In this document: positions 52,335 to 64,000 of the stretch, one piece after another | How positions within the stretch are numbered: the first letter of the stretch is position 1 | Layout: each line of letters opens with the position of its first letter | Assembly: GCF_018350175.1 (NCBI RefSeq) | Contig: NC_058368.1 | Span: 96,474,001 to 96,538,000, forward strand | Reading direction: 5' to 3' | DNA length: 64,000 nt | Source: Felis catus | Taxonomy: Eukaryota | The notes under the pieces: model-generated | Told to the model about the DNA's origin: nothing | Seen by the model: only the letters and a program-made list of their open reading frames with translations | The model's database searches: none | Made by a program: the position numbers and the translations under genes

Positions 52335-52490
52335 ACTTGAATGAATTATTTAACTTCTGGTCTATCCTTTTCTTCATCTCTATAATTGGGATAAGAGTAT
52401 TACCTACATTAGAGCAGGACTGCAAATGCTTAATGGCAAAGTTCACATAAAGTCCTTAACACAAAGCTTGACAGATTCAATTAATGGCAA
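52335..52490 (+). mobile_element. MIR relic
   Basis: TTTTCTTCATCTCTATAATTGGGATAAGAGTATTACCTAC. Confidence 0.6.
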
Positions 52491-54466
52491 GTTAAAGTTA
52501 TACCTTCACTCGTGTACCAGTGAAAGAATGTATTAATTGTGCTAATTCTGTGAAACCTACCCATAATGTTTTACAGTTTCTTTGGCAAAATCAATTCTGA
52601 ATTCCAGACTCACACATTGGGACCACATTTAAATGAAACAGTGGAAACGTTATTGGCAGAAATTTTGGGTCAAGGGAGAAGCTTGGGTTACAGGAATTTG
52701 CCGATTTTATCGCTCTGTACATTCATGAGATAATAATTCATGAATCTCCCCATTTCTAGTGCTCCACCTTTTGAATAGGTCCATCCTAAGTCGACTAAAA
52801 ATTATTCACTATGGAGCTTCTTACAAGGCGATGTTAAAAACACTCATGAGAAGTTCCCGCTGAATTATAAAACAGTGGGTACTCTACTGGTCATATTATA
52901 CTACCTATACTGTCTCACAGTTAAGCTGTATCAATTTGATATGATCCACGAATGGTACTCCATGCATGTGCCATCAAATCAAGAGAAAAGAGTGTCTTCA
53001 TGTAAAAAAGAATCCTTACAGAGCTGGCTTAGTTGGGGGGTATTTTTCTCTTTCCCATTTTTTTTCATTTTATTTATATTTCAGTTTCCAGCAGCTACAA
53101 AACTGTATTCAAAATACCCAAAGTGTTAAATCTTCTACAAAGACCAGCTGTCTACCCAACTGCAACTTTTTTAAATTCAGCTCCTTGGATTGGAGGGGAC
53201 CAAAGAAGAAAAAAAAAAAAAAATGGGTGGAGGGGGTTGGATGACTCCAGAGGAAGGTAAAAGGATCTGTTTCTATTATTAAAAAACTGCTAAACCGTTC
53301 AAAATACCACAGTATACAAATCTAAAAATGCTTCCACATGTTATTTGTCTAATAAAGGTGCTGGACAAAACAAGAATTTCAATAACTTTGTATATTAATC
53401 CAGCTGTATTTTTCCAAACCGACCCTGAATTATGTGTTAACAAACGTCTTTCCTGACAACATAATAAATGCTTTTTTTGTAAAAGTGTCATGGAGACGAG
53501 AGTAAAATTGTATTATGGAAAAATCTGAAGCAACCCTAATGGACTTGGGATCCGATGGAGTCTCACGCCATAGAGCTGGAATAAATATTAAATCTCAGCC
53601 ATCAGTTCACTAATAGAAATCTCATTTCAACCTTAATTATGTCTACTCTCTTGGTACCACGATTATAAAAATTCAAGGAGAAAAATATTTAAGAATAAAC
53701 TGTCATTCATGCAAGGGTTTTAGTCCCTTTAGAATGTATCATGGTTTGGTGTGACTAGCACAATGCCGGGCAAAATACCCAAGATTTCTCCCCGGCTCAT
53801 CTCCACCTAATGAAGAAAATTGTAAAGCCATTTTTTTTTTTCTTTCTGTCTGCTCTTACTAGGGAAACTAATCATGCTGATAGACTAAAGAATAACCTTT
53901 AAGTTTCTTACAGACACTGCCTTTCAGAAACAGCAACATTTTAGGAAATGCATGTCGACGAGAATGGGTTTGGCTTAAAATTAAAGCAATATAATTGTTT
54001 GGGCTCTAAATATGTGTGTGAGACATGCTTGTGTATACACGTGTGTGTATATATATGCATGTATGTATGTGTATATTTATGAGTGTGTATGTGGGGGTGT
54101 GGAAAGAGAGAGAGAATTGAGTTTGTACACAAACATTATCGGCACACAATTAAATTCTCAAATGCTCCGTGGTCATTCACGAATAATAAATTCAAATGTA
54201 TGGGAAGCAGTAACAGGCTGTCATAAACTCAGGGGGGAATCCTTTATTCAGACACCTGGAGAAAGAACAGTACTATCCAGATGTGGCCCTGCCATTATTC
54301 ATATCGGCTAAAATAAGCTGGCTCATTCTATTAATTGAAAGATCCAATCTTCTGTCAATCATGAACACTCCTGGCATCCTTGGGCAGTGGAAATATATGT
54401 TCATCCATGGCATATGTCACATGGATGCTTGACAAACTCTCCTATTCCTTGTCTGTCCCATCTATT

Positions 54467-54703
54467 TTTTTTCTAATTTAATTTTTCTTAATGTTTATTT
54501 ATTTTTGAGAGAGAGAGAGAGAGACAGAGAGACAGAGTATGAACAGGGGAAGGACAGAGAGAGAGGGAGTCAAAGAACCTGAAGCAGGCTCCAAGTCAGA
54601 ACCGTCAGCACAAGAACCTGAGGCGGGGCTTGAATCCACAGACCATGAGATCATGACCTGAGCTGAAGTCAGATGCTCGACCAGGTGAGCCAACCAGGCA
54701 CCC
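54467..54703 (-). mobile_element. Can-SINE
   Basis: TSD TGTCCCATCTATT at 54454-54466 and 54704-54716. Confidence 0.95.
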
Positions 54704-55373
54704 TGTCCCATCTATTCTGCCAGCTTCCTCACCCAACAGCTCCTGCTGTATGGTTACACACCTCATGTTATCAAGTCAGGAAGTCCTGTGGATGCTGCTC
54801 ACTTAGGGACGTGAACCAGCAAGTCTCATGTACCCTGGATGTACAACCTTTCAGGGTGGAGCACCCAAATGGCAAGGAATAGTTTCTCTTGAACAAAAGA
54901 CTCTCTTTTGCACTATTGCATGAAGTGTCTGTTTCCCCCAACAGAAGTAGTGATTGGCAAACCAGGGTGAATGGGGGGTGGTGGTGAATCGTCTCCCGCC
55001 AAATGGGTGAAGATGGGGAGGAAAAGAGGTAGTAAAAGGTAGTCAGAGGACGAGAACTTCTATCCTGCCACACAAACAAGCAAAATGTAACTTGTTCACT
55101 GTGGATCAGTGGAAACACAGCCACCAGAAGTTGTTCAAAGCCATTGTTTGTGGTCAGAAAGTGTTCTTTCTCAGCACTTCTCATGTCAATGAAGTATAAA
55201 GGATGCGTTCCAAGCTGTCTGCCTTAATTTTGTTTTTCATTTGGCATTTGTAAATCTAGTACTCCTTGTGGCCTAAATGGCCAGAATCCCTATAGTAATC
55301 TCCAAAATAAATGAAAAACAGATTTTTCAAAACCATCAACTATGCACCTTTTTTAAAGAATGGGAACTAATTA

Positions 55374-55590
55374 GGGCGGCCGGGTGGCTCAGTCTGTTAA
55401 GTATCCGACTTCGGCTCAGGTCATGATCTCATGGTCTGTGAGTTTGATGCGCGTTTCGGGCTCTGTGCCGACAGTCCAGAGCCTGGAGCCTGCTTCGGAA
55501 CCTGTGTCTCCCTCTCTGTACCTGCCCACCCGCACTCTGTCTCCATCCCTCTCTCTCAAAAATACATAAACATTAAAAAATTTTTTTTAA
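55374..55590 (+). mobile_element. Can-SINE
   Basis: 18-bp TSD AAAGAATGGGAACTAATT, present twice downstream. Confidence 0.95.
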
Positions 55591-57199
55591 AAAGAATGGG
55601 AACTAATTTTAAAAAAAGAATGGGAACTAATTTTAAAAGAAACTGTGCATAAATAATATAGAAAACTATATTTTTAGATCCATATGGTGTATACATATTT
55701 TGAGGACATTTTGTTATAAGTCGCCAATAACTCTTCAGTAATTTCCACCCCTTAACTCATACTTTATAACATGCTTGTTATGTTTCTGCATGCTGACATT
55801 TCCTATATTCCAGGACAAATATTTCCCTTTTAGAATAATTATATTATCTAACACACATCCTACTGACTTTGTTAACTAGACCCAGCCCTCATATAACCGA
55901 TCAGTGTTTTCAAGGAATGTCAAGCATCACACACAACTCTTCAAGGCTTCCAGATAACTTTCTAGCAAAAGCCATCAAAAGCAGCTGCCATTGATAAACC
56001 TCCCTTGAGTTCACCAGTCAATGCTCGTTTTCTCTCACTTGTAACATTTCAAGAGAAAGACCTATTTTCCTTCCTAATTTTCATATTTTTCCCAAGTGTC
56101 TTATTTTACTTATCACCAAAACAAGTAATTTCTAAACAGAAATAATAGCATTTCTCCACTGCAAGACCCCTTCAATAATAGAAAATTAATTTCAATCCCT
56201 TTTGTCTCAACGAAGCCTAAAAACTTTCTAAAGAAAACATTTGTCACCTACTAGGTTAACCATACATCTTGAACAGAATGCCTTTTGTTTTTAGCTTCCA
56301 AGAAAATGTCTGTCGCAAAGAAATATTTGCTGGTTTTTGAAAGAATATGATTAATGACAGATTCAACCACAGGACCGCAATGAATGTTTAGACGGAGAGA
56401 AAGGACTAGATCGGTAAAAGGGAAGATGCTTAGACTGTGCAAATAGGCTAAAGAATAATATCAAAGGATTAGCAATCAGTGAGCTGGTGTTTAATTAAAA
56501 ATAAAAATTCATGAGGTCCTATGCAAGCATTAAAGTACAGAAAGCTAATATTTGTTCATAAAACCCTCTCAATGAAAGGCAGATGCAGAATATTAAACTA
56601 TTAGACTCCTTATGAGTTAGAGCAAAGGGGTTCGTTTGATTCATTAAAAAATGGAAATGGGAAAAGCACGCAGTAAATGCTTTATAGAAGATACATCAGG
56701 CACTGAGATGCGAGTCTGACAAATAGATTGTGTAGAATGGTTTTCATTAGAAGAATTGGCTCTTTGTAGATTTCACATTTGTAAAGCAAGGATTTCTTCT
56801 TTCCCTACATTCCCCCATGCATCAAGTGCCATTGGTCTTACTCCATGCCTTTAATACATAAATCCCTCCCTTTTAATTTCACAGGCATTATCCTGACACA
56901 AACCCAGTCACCCTGTATCTCAATTCTGATCGGAGCCTCTTAACCCCTCTGTTTTCTTTTCTTTCTTTCTTTTTTTTTCTTCTTCTGACTCTTTCTACCT
57001 AGCACTTCCACAGGGTCAAACCTCTCTGCTAATGTGCATTACTTTTCCTGAAACTCCTCAATGTTTTTCCGAACCCCAGTAAGTAAATTATGAAATTTTT
57101 GCTTAGTGCAAAAGGCCCTCGGTGAATTCATCACACCAACCCTGTGTCCACGTTCCTCCTCCGCTGTTCTGTAACAGAGCCTGGCTGCTCCCACGGGGA

Positions 57200-57570
57200 C
57201 GTGCACACACCTCGAGTTCCCAGCCCTTCTGGGTAATCCCCTCAGCATGGAATGCCCTTCTAATCTCCTTTATCCCTGTCTGAATTCTACTCATATTTTA
57301 CAGACTTCTCCAACCAAATGTCATCTCTTCCAGAGACTTCTTTATTTCCTACATCCACAGATAAAAATTATTTTCGGTCTTCTTTTTAAACTCTAAGCAT
57401 CATTTTGGCATACCCCAAAATGACAAGTTGTAATCGATCAAGGGCCTAGGATTTGCCTGGCCCTGGCACTTCTTGTACTAGATTTTATCTATGGCTTGTA
57501 CATGTCCGAAGGATCAAGCCCGGGGCTGTCACACAGCAGTAACACACTGAATAATTGTTGAGTGAAAGAG
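57200..57570 (+). mobile_element. L2 3' relic
   Basis: TGGAATGCCCTTC...TGAATTCTACTCAT...CAAATGTCATCTCTTCCAGAGACTTC...AATAATTGTTGAGTGAA. Confidence 0.6.
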
Positions 57571-57967
57571 TTACACACAAAAGCTTGGTGGTAACTTCAT
57601 AACGAACCATGCTTTGTACCTTTGAACTTACAAAGGTTCTTACCTTTGAACTTTGTACCTTTGAACTTACAAAGTAATTACCAGAAAGTATTATCAGTAC
57701 CCTCCAAGTGTTCTTTAAGAATTTTAACAAACTTATGCATATCAAGTTCTTACCCTAATGCCTAGTGCATAGTAAGTACTCAAAAATGTTACCGTTAACA
57801 ATATTAGCAGTAATTGTTATTAGTAGTATTTTAATAATGGTGTTGGGTGTTAAAGCTGATGTCTCTCTTCACCTATTTTGTACAGGCTCCCACTCAGTGG
57901 ATTTAAAGTGTATTTATACAAAAAAGAGAAAAATTCAACAAACTAGTATTAAAGATTAATGTTAGCG

Positions 57968-58145
57968 TGTGCCTGGGTGGCTCAGTCAGTTGAGCATCTG
58001 ACTCCTGATTTCAGTTCAGGTCATGATCTCACAGCTCATGAGATTGTGCCCTGTGTAGGAGCCTACTTGGGATTCTCCTCTCTGCCCCTCCCTCACTCAT
58101 TCTCTGTCTCTCTGAAAATAAATAAATGAACTTAAAAAAAAAAAA
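57968..58145 (+). mobile_element. Can-SINE with internal deletion
   Basis: Head and tail present, mid-body shortened. Confidence 0.9.
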
Positions 58146-58944
58146 GCATTAACTTTAGGACTTCAATAAGACACAGAAATTAGAAGCCCATTTTTCTGGC
58201 TTAAAAAGGGTTCATTTTCACCATCTTTCCTGAAGTAGGTGCCATTTCTAGACATTTGTAGCTACCGGATGGCTTCAAGTGAAAATTCCTCAATTCCTCG
58301 TGTTTTTTCTAGCACCTTGATCATCATTATCCTGCTTCTCATTGTCCAAGTCTCGTATTTGTAGCATGCATTTTCGGATCTAGTACCCTGAGGCACAGGT
58401 GAAGAATTCCTCTTGGACTGGATAGAGACGAGCTCTTTGAAAAGTCTTTCTTATCCAAAATTGCCCAAACCAAGAGTTTTCCCCTCACTTAATTATAGTC
58501 TGTTTCTCCCTCCAGTGGATAAGCTGGATGTTCCCTAAGCTCACAGATCCAATGATGCGGAATTATATAACTTCCAAAAAGGGAAATATTTTTCTCTTAG
58601 AGGTAACTGGTATAAACTATAGAAGCAGCTGCTGGGGAAGACCAAGATGTCAGGACTCCAGGAATGGGATGAGACGGGATGGGAAGGGGTGGGATCATAT
58701 GGAATACAATACAATAGAATTAGAAGAAAGCAGGCTGGCAGGTGATGGTGAAGCAGATGGTTTCTGACCAGAAGAAATTAATAAAAATTAGAAGAGGGGA
58801 AGAGGCTCACTGTTGAGAAGTACACCATCTTTTCTCTTTAAAGAGGATCTTCATAGGCATTATAGCCTTTATGAAACATAATGAAATGTTGTATTGCTTC
58901 AATTAGTTCCTCTGTTTTCTAATAGCATGATAAGATCACTTTCT

Positions 58945-59162
58945 CTTTTTTTAATTTTTTTAATGTTTATTTTTGAGAGAGAGAGAGAGAGACAGAACAT
59001 GGGTGGGGGAGGAGCAGAGAGAGAGGGAGACACAGAATCCGGAGCAGGCTCCAAGCTCCGAGCCATCAGCACAGAACCCAACGCCAGGCTTGAACCCAAG
59101 AACTGTGAGATCATGACCTCAGCCAAAGTTGGACACCCAACCAACTGAGCCACCCAGGTGCC
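58945..59162 (-). mobile_element. Can-SINE
   Basis: Full SINE; TSD-like TCACTTTC. Confidence 0.95.
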
Positions 59163-59683
59163 AAGTTCACTTTCAAAAAAAAAGAAATAGATTAGCCTAT
59201 GAAAAATCTGGATAAAGAATGAAGCCACTTCAGAAGCATGTAATTATTCAACAATAACCCAGGTACTTTAGGCCAGGGTGCCTCTAACACGAAGAATTTG
59301 CATCTAAAAACATCTACCTGAAGCAGTGGTTGATGGCTTGTAGGTAATATTTACCCAGCTAACCTTTCTTTGCCCTTAACCATTTATTTTTCACTTCTGA
59401 TTAACCTGATAACTTTGAAAGATAAGAACTCTGAGCATTATATTTTCAGGTGAGTGGGTAACTGGGTAGGGAACACTTCATTCAAGCAATACAGATAACT
59501 AAGTAAAAAACAACATATGTACTAAAGATCTACCCAAGAATAGAGTTTACATGAAAATGTCATGTATACATTTGGGAAAATATATATATTTTTAAGCACC
59601 ACTTGTGTAGCACATTGGAGAAATTAGAAAATGCATCTTATCGTTTAAAGATTCTAAAGTTACATCATTTAAAAAAAAGTATA

Positions 59684-59915
59684 GGGGCCCCTGGGTGGCT
59701 AAGTTGGTTAGGTGTGCTACTCCGTGCAGGTCATGATCTCATGTTTTGTGAGTTTGAGCCCCAGATTAGGGTCTGCGCTGACAGTGTGGAGTCTGCTTGA
59801 GATTCTCTCTCTTTCTTTCTCTGTTCCTCCCCTGCTTGTGCTCTCTCCCTCTCCCTCCCTCCTTCCCTCTCTCTCTCTCTCTCAAAATAAATACATAAAC
59901 TTAAAAAAATAAAAA
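59684..59915 (+). mobile_element. Can-SINE (first of tandem trio)
   Basis: Full SINE. Confidence 0.93.
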
Positions 59916-59919
59916 CAAA

Positions 59920-60130
59920 GGGGTGCCTGGGTGGCTCAGTTGGTCGGGCATCTGACTTTGGCTCAGATCATGATCTCGTGGTCCATGAGTTCAAGCCCCC
60001 CGCCCCCCCCCCTGGGGCTCTGTGCTGACAGCTTAGAGCCTGGAGCCTGCTTCCGATTCTGTGTCTCCCTCTCTCTGTCTGCCCCTCCCCTGCTCACGCT
60101 CTTTCTCTCTCAAAAATAAATAAACATTTA
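59920..60130 (+). mobile_element. Can-SINE (second of trio) with poly-C expansion
   Basis: Full SINE; CCCCCCGCCCCCCCCCC near 59996-60012. Confidence 0.95.
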
Positions 60131-60131
60131 T

Positions 60132-60390
60132 GGGGCGCCTGGGTGGCTCCGTTGGTTGGGCGGCCGACTTCGGCTCAGGTCATGATCTCGCGGTCTGTGA
60201 GTTCGAGCCCCGCGTCGGGCTCTGTGCTGACAGCTCAGAGCCTGGAGCCTGTTTCCGATTCTGTGTTTCCCTCTCTCTGACCCTCCCCCATTCATGCTCT
60301 GTCTCTCTCTGTCTCAAAAATAAATAAACAGTAAAAAAAATTAAAATAAATAAATAAATAAACAAACATTTAAAAGTAAATAAAAATAAA
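60132..60390 (+). mobile_element. Young SINEC_Fc-like copy (third of trio)
   Basis: Close to consensus, with 12 intact CpGs. Confidence 0.95.
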
Positions 60391-61062
60391 AATGCATAAT
60401 ACATCGGCCTCCTGGTCAACCGTTTCCAAATACTGTGCAATTTAGTGTACAGGAATACAAAGATGAATGTGTCACTGATTTACCTAACTTATACATGTTT
60501 CAGAGTGTGACCATCCAAAGTCAAAACAGATTCACAGTTCTGAAATCCCGTTTCCCTTGCTCAGTGAAAATGCTTTTCTGTCTTCAATAAAAGCAGGTTG
60601 TTTTAAATAATAGGATCAAAGTTAAAATTTCAATGGCGGAGCTTTAGAAATATATCTGTGAAGAGTTTAATCTTGTTCGGAAATGTTAATGGTGAAACAA
60701 TTTCCCAAAGGTACAGAAAAAAAAAATCACTTCCGGTGTCTTGTTTTTTTTTTTTTTTTTTTTAATTAGACCTAGTAAAATATCTATACATTTATACACA
60801 CATCTATCAACAAATGTATAAATTACACACTGAGATATATTAAACCACGATCTTATTGGTCTACAATCTACATAAGGCAACTTTATTCTATATGAAGCAT
60901 TACTAAAAAAAAACAAAGATGTTTGAAAAATCAAGAACAAGTTGGCCTTAGTCAACTTGTATGTGATGTTACAAATTCACATGAGCACAGAACATTATAG
61001 TCAATAAAGCACCAACTAGGAGGTAGAGGACAACCAAAAAGGTCAAGAAGTATCATTTTCAT

Positions 61063-61258
61063 GTTTATTTACTTTGAGAGAGAAGGAAGGTACTCATTTG
61101 GGGGAGGGGCAGAGAGAGAGGGAGACAGAGAATTCCAAGCAGGTCTGCACTACTAGCACAGAGCCCGACATGGGACTCAATCCCACAAACCATGAGATCA
61201 TGACCTGAGCCAAAATCAAGGGTTGGAAGCTCAACCCAGTGAGCCACCCAGGCACCCC
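61063..61258 (-). mobile_element. Can-SINE
   Basis: Full reverse SINE. Confidence 0.93.
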
Positions 61259-61280
61259 AATATAAAACTTCATTAAAACA

Positions 61281-61486
61281 ATTTTTTTTTCATGTTTAGT
61301 TATTTTTGAAAGAGAAAGAGAGAGACAGAGTGTGAGTGGGAGAGGGGAAGAGAGAGAGTGCACAGAATCTAAAGCAGGCTCCAGGCTCTGAGCTGGCAGC
61401 AAAAAGCCCACCCCAGGGCTCAAACCCAAGAATTGTGAGACTGAGCCGAAGTCAGAAGCTTAACCAACTGAGCTACTCAGGCACCC
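61281..61486 (-). mobile_element. Can-SINE
   Basis: Full reverse SINE; AAAACTTCA direct repeat on both sides. Confidence 0.93.
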
Positions 61487-62877
61487 CAAAACTTCAGTTT
61501 TTAATATAGAGACACTAAGAAGTTTTAATAACAGCGGGAAAAAAAATTAATATGAGTTAAAGACGATGAAAGAAAAGACATATTTGTACAATGATACTTA
61601 AATAAAAGTTCCTGATTTCCTCTCTAAAGGGAAAATTGGATAGTATCCATTAAAATGAAAACGAATACACATTCTTTATGATTCAGAAATTCCACTTCTG
61701 TTATATCTTCTAAAGCAGCACTTGCTCATGGGTTTAAGGTGATGTGAGTACAAATGCTCATTGCAGCATTCTCTTTAATTGAAAGAAAAAAACTCGACTT
61801 ACACAATGTATCCCACCAGGAGTAATAGTCACTGTCAATTTGCTGACAACATCCTTATTTTATTTTGGGAAATCTCTTGCACAAATCCTAATGGTTGGGA
61901 TCACGTCAAGTTGCACTCCTTATTCAAATCCTTTTACCTTTGCTTTTGAGCAGAGTAACAAAAGCTGAAAAAAAATTAAAAAGTAGAGATCATTGACTCC
62001 AAAAATGTCCTCTCTGAAGACTGCCAAAGGTTTTGGCTGCCTCAACCCTGAGGGATGTACAGATTCTGCTCTTGGTGAGTCTGGTTTGCAAGGTTTCCAA
62101 CAAATTATTCAAATAAATGCTCTTTCCTAAACTGCCCAAATATGATTGCAATCTTGGATGATATATCCCTGATACAAGAATGATGTGAAAAAAAAATAGC
62201 CTTTCAATATACCAGCAAGATATAATTTATATGGATCCTTTCTTAATGAAATAAAATGGATTTAAAAAACTACCTAGTGTTAAAGCTAACAAGTATATGA
62301 AAAAACCAGACGAGTAAAATTATAAAACTTTACATAAGCACATAAAGTAAGACTAAATCATCCAAAGTGACACACTATATTTCTGTATGAAAATATGAAA
62401 TATGATAAAATGCCCATTTCTATAAAATAATGCTTAATATTGATGTAAGTCCAAGTGAAATTTCAATAAATTTTAATTAAATAGGCTAGGCTTATTTTAA
62501 AGGTATATGGGAAAATACGTGTGATACTAGAGCTAAAAATATTCTTAAAAGGACAATTACAGGGTATTTGAAAGGCAATGTATTAATACATATATAAAGT
62601 CTGAGAAATTTTAAGAGTGATTTTGTTGGAAAAATGTGTAAATATATTAATGGAAAACAATGGAAGCTCAATGAGCAGACTCATGAATTCACGAAATTGA
62701 TTTCGTGATACTTGTACCATTGAAAGGTAACAAAATAAGGAGTTTCAATAAAGAGTTTTGGAAAATTTGGGGGAAAATAAAGTTACATGGCTATCAAAAA
62801 CCATGCCCCAAATGAATTCCAGGTATAATAAATTCTGTAATATAATTTTAGAAATAAAAAAAAATATTATAGGTAAG

Positions 62878-62954
62878 ACATGAATCACTGGGTTCTACTC
62901 CTGAACCCAAGACTCTACTGTATGTTAACTAACTTGAATTTAAGTTAAAAAAAA
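62878..62954 (+). mobile_element. Carnivore L1 extreme 3' tail
   Basis: GAATCACTGGGTTCTACTCCTGAA...TGTATGTTAACTAACTTGAATTTAA plus an A-tail. Confidence 0.85.
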
Positions 62955-62984
62955 TACTTTTAAATGAGAAGCATTTTTATTATC

Positions 62985-63242
62985 TTTTTTTTTCAATATA
63001 TGAAATTCATTGTCAAATTGGTTTCCATACAGCACCCAGTGCTCATCCCAAAAGGTGCCCTCCTCAATACCGATCACCAACCCTCCCCTCCCTCCCACCC
63101 CCCATCAACCCTCAGTTTGTTCTCAGTTTTTAAGAGTCTCTTATGCTTTGGCTCTCTTCCACTCTAACCTCTTTTTTTTTTTCCTTCCCCTCCCCCATGG
63201 GTTTCTGTTAAGTTTCTCAGGATCCACATAAGAGTGAAAACA
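62985..63242 (-). mobile_element. Young felid-type L1 3'UTR (L1_Fc-like), 5'-truncated
   Basis: TTGTCAAATTGGTTTCCATACAGCACCCAGTGCTCATCCCAAAAGGTGCCCTCCTCAATACC; TSD TATTATCTT at 62978-62986 and 63243-63251. Confidence 0.92.
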
Positions 63243-63499
63243 TATTATCTTGATTTGAAAGCACCTTTCTACCTAAGACCCAAAAAGGAAACAAATAAAC
63301 AGTGGCAACTAAAGCAAAACAAAAAACTCAGAACCCACAAAGGAAAACACTGATGTTCATTTTGTGAATGATGAACATTTTTGACTAATGAACATCAGTG
63401 TTCATTTTTTCTGTGTAAAAACTTACAAATTATTTCAAAATAAAATTCCCACCATAAGCAAAATAAAGGAAGACAAATCTTGAAAGACAGGCTAGAAAC

Positions 63500-63850
63500 A
63501 GATTGAGGAAGGGATTGATGGCCAGGCTAAACACGGTGAATTTTCATCTGTGAGCAAATGGGAACCATAAAAGGTTTTTGACAAGGAGAGTAGAATGATC
63601 CAAGATGCCTCTTAACAATGGGATTTGTTCAGCCATATAAAGGATGAATTAGAACCGCAGTGGCTGGCTGGGTAGGGAGGAGAATGCTATGCCCACAGCT
63701 GTTCAGTTTGGAGTCAAAAAGATCAATTATGAAGCAGTTACAATAATCCAGGCAAGAGATAGCAAAGACCATTTTGGTAACTATGGAAAGGAGAAGCATG
63801 TCTGAGAATCTGAAAAGTGTAGGAGATGTGAGAGAACTAAGACTTATTTA
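63500..63850 (-). mobile_element. L2 relic
   Basis: AATGGGAACCATAAAAGGTTTTTGAC...GCAGTTACAATAATCCAGGCAAGAGAT. Confidence 0.7.
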
Positions 63851-63865
63851 CTTACCAACTGTGCA

Positions 63866-64000
63866 TTTTTTTTTAATTTTTTAAATGTTTATTTACTTTT
63901 GAGAGAGACAATGACAAGGTGTGAGTGGGGGAGGGGCAGAGAGGGGGAGACAGAGAATCCGAAGCAGGCTTCAGTCTCTGAGCTGTCAGCACAAAGCCCA
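63866..64000 (-). mobile_element. Can-SINE cut by the window edge
   Basis: Reverse tail and body. Confidence 0.93.

Larger units (their letters stand above)
61600..63480 (+). mobile_element. Highly decayed old L1 (L1ME-like) fragments
   Basis: TATGATTCAGAAATTCCACTTCT, AATGCTCATTGCAGCATT, ATTATAAAACTTTAC and AAATGAATTCCAGGT are L1 motifs; the pieces are not all collinear. Confidence 0.6.

Overview
This is AT-rich mammalian DNA, almost certainly from a feliform carnivore and most likely a felid. It carries about 35 tRNA-derived Can-SINEs of the cat SINEC_Fc type and a young felid-type L1 3' end. I find no recognisable protein-coding exon, structural RNA gene or CpG island. The listed ORFs are SINE, L1, microsatellite or chance frames, so the window reads as a long intron or intergenic DNA; I cannot name a host gene. 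Much of it is interspersed repeat: SINEs, several nested L1s, L2/MIR relics, MaLR and ERVL solo LTRs, and Tigger/MER5 DNA transposons. Repeat-family names are from recalled consensus sequences and boundaries are approximate. I do not see a new biological system. The best leads are small: a 63-bp duplicated array holding seven TCF/LEF-type CTTTGWW motifs, a TSD-flanked 121-bp chimeric SINE-core insertion, an unexplained 68-bp repeat pair, a candidate minus-strand exon, template-switch hairpins, a long Z-DNA tract and a few CpG-retaining unique blocks that may be enhancers.
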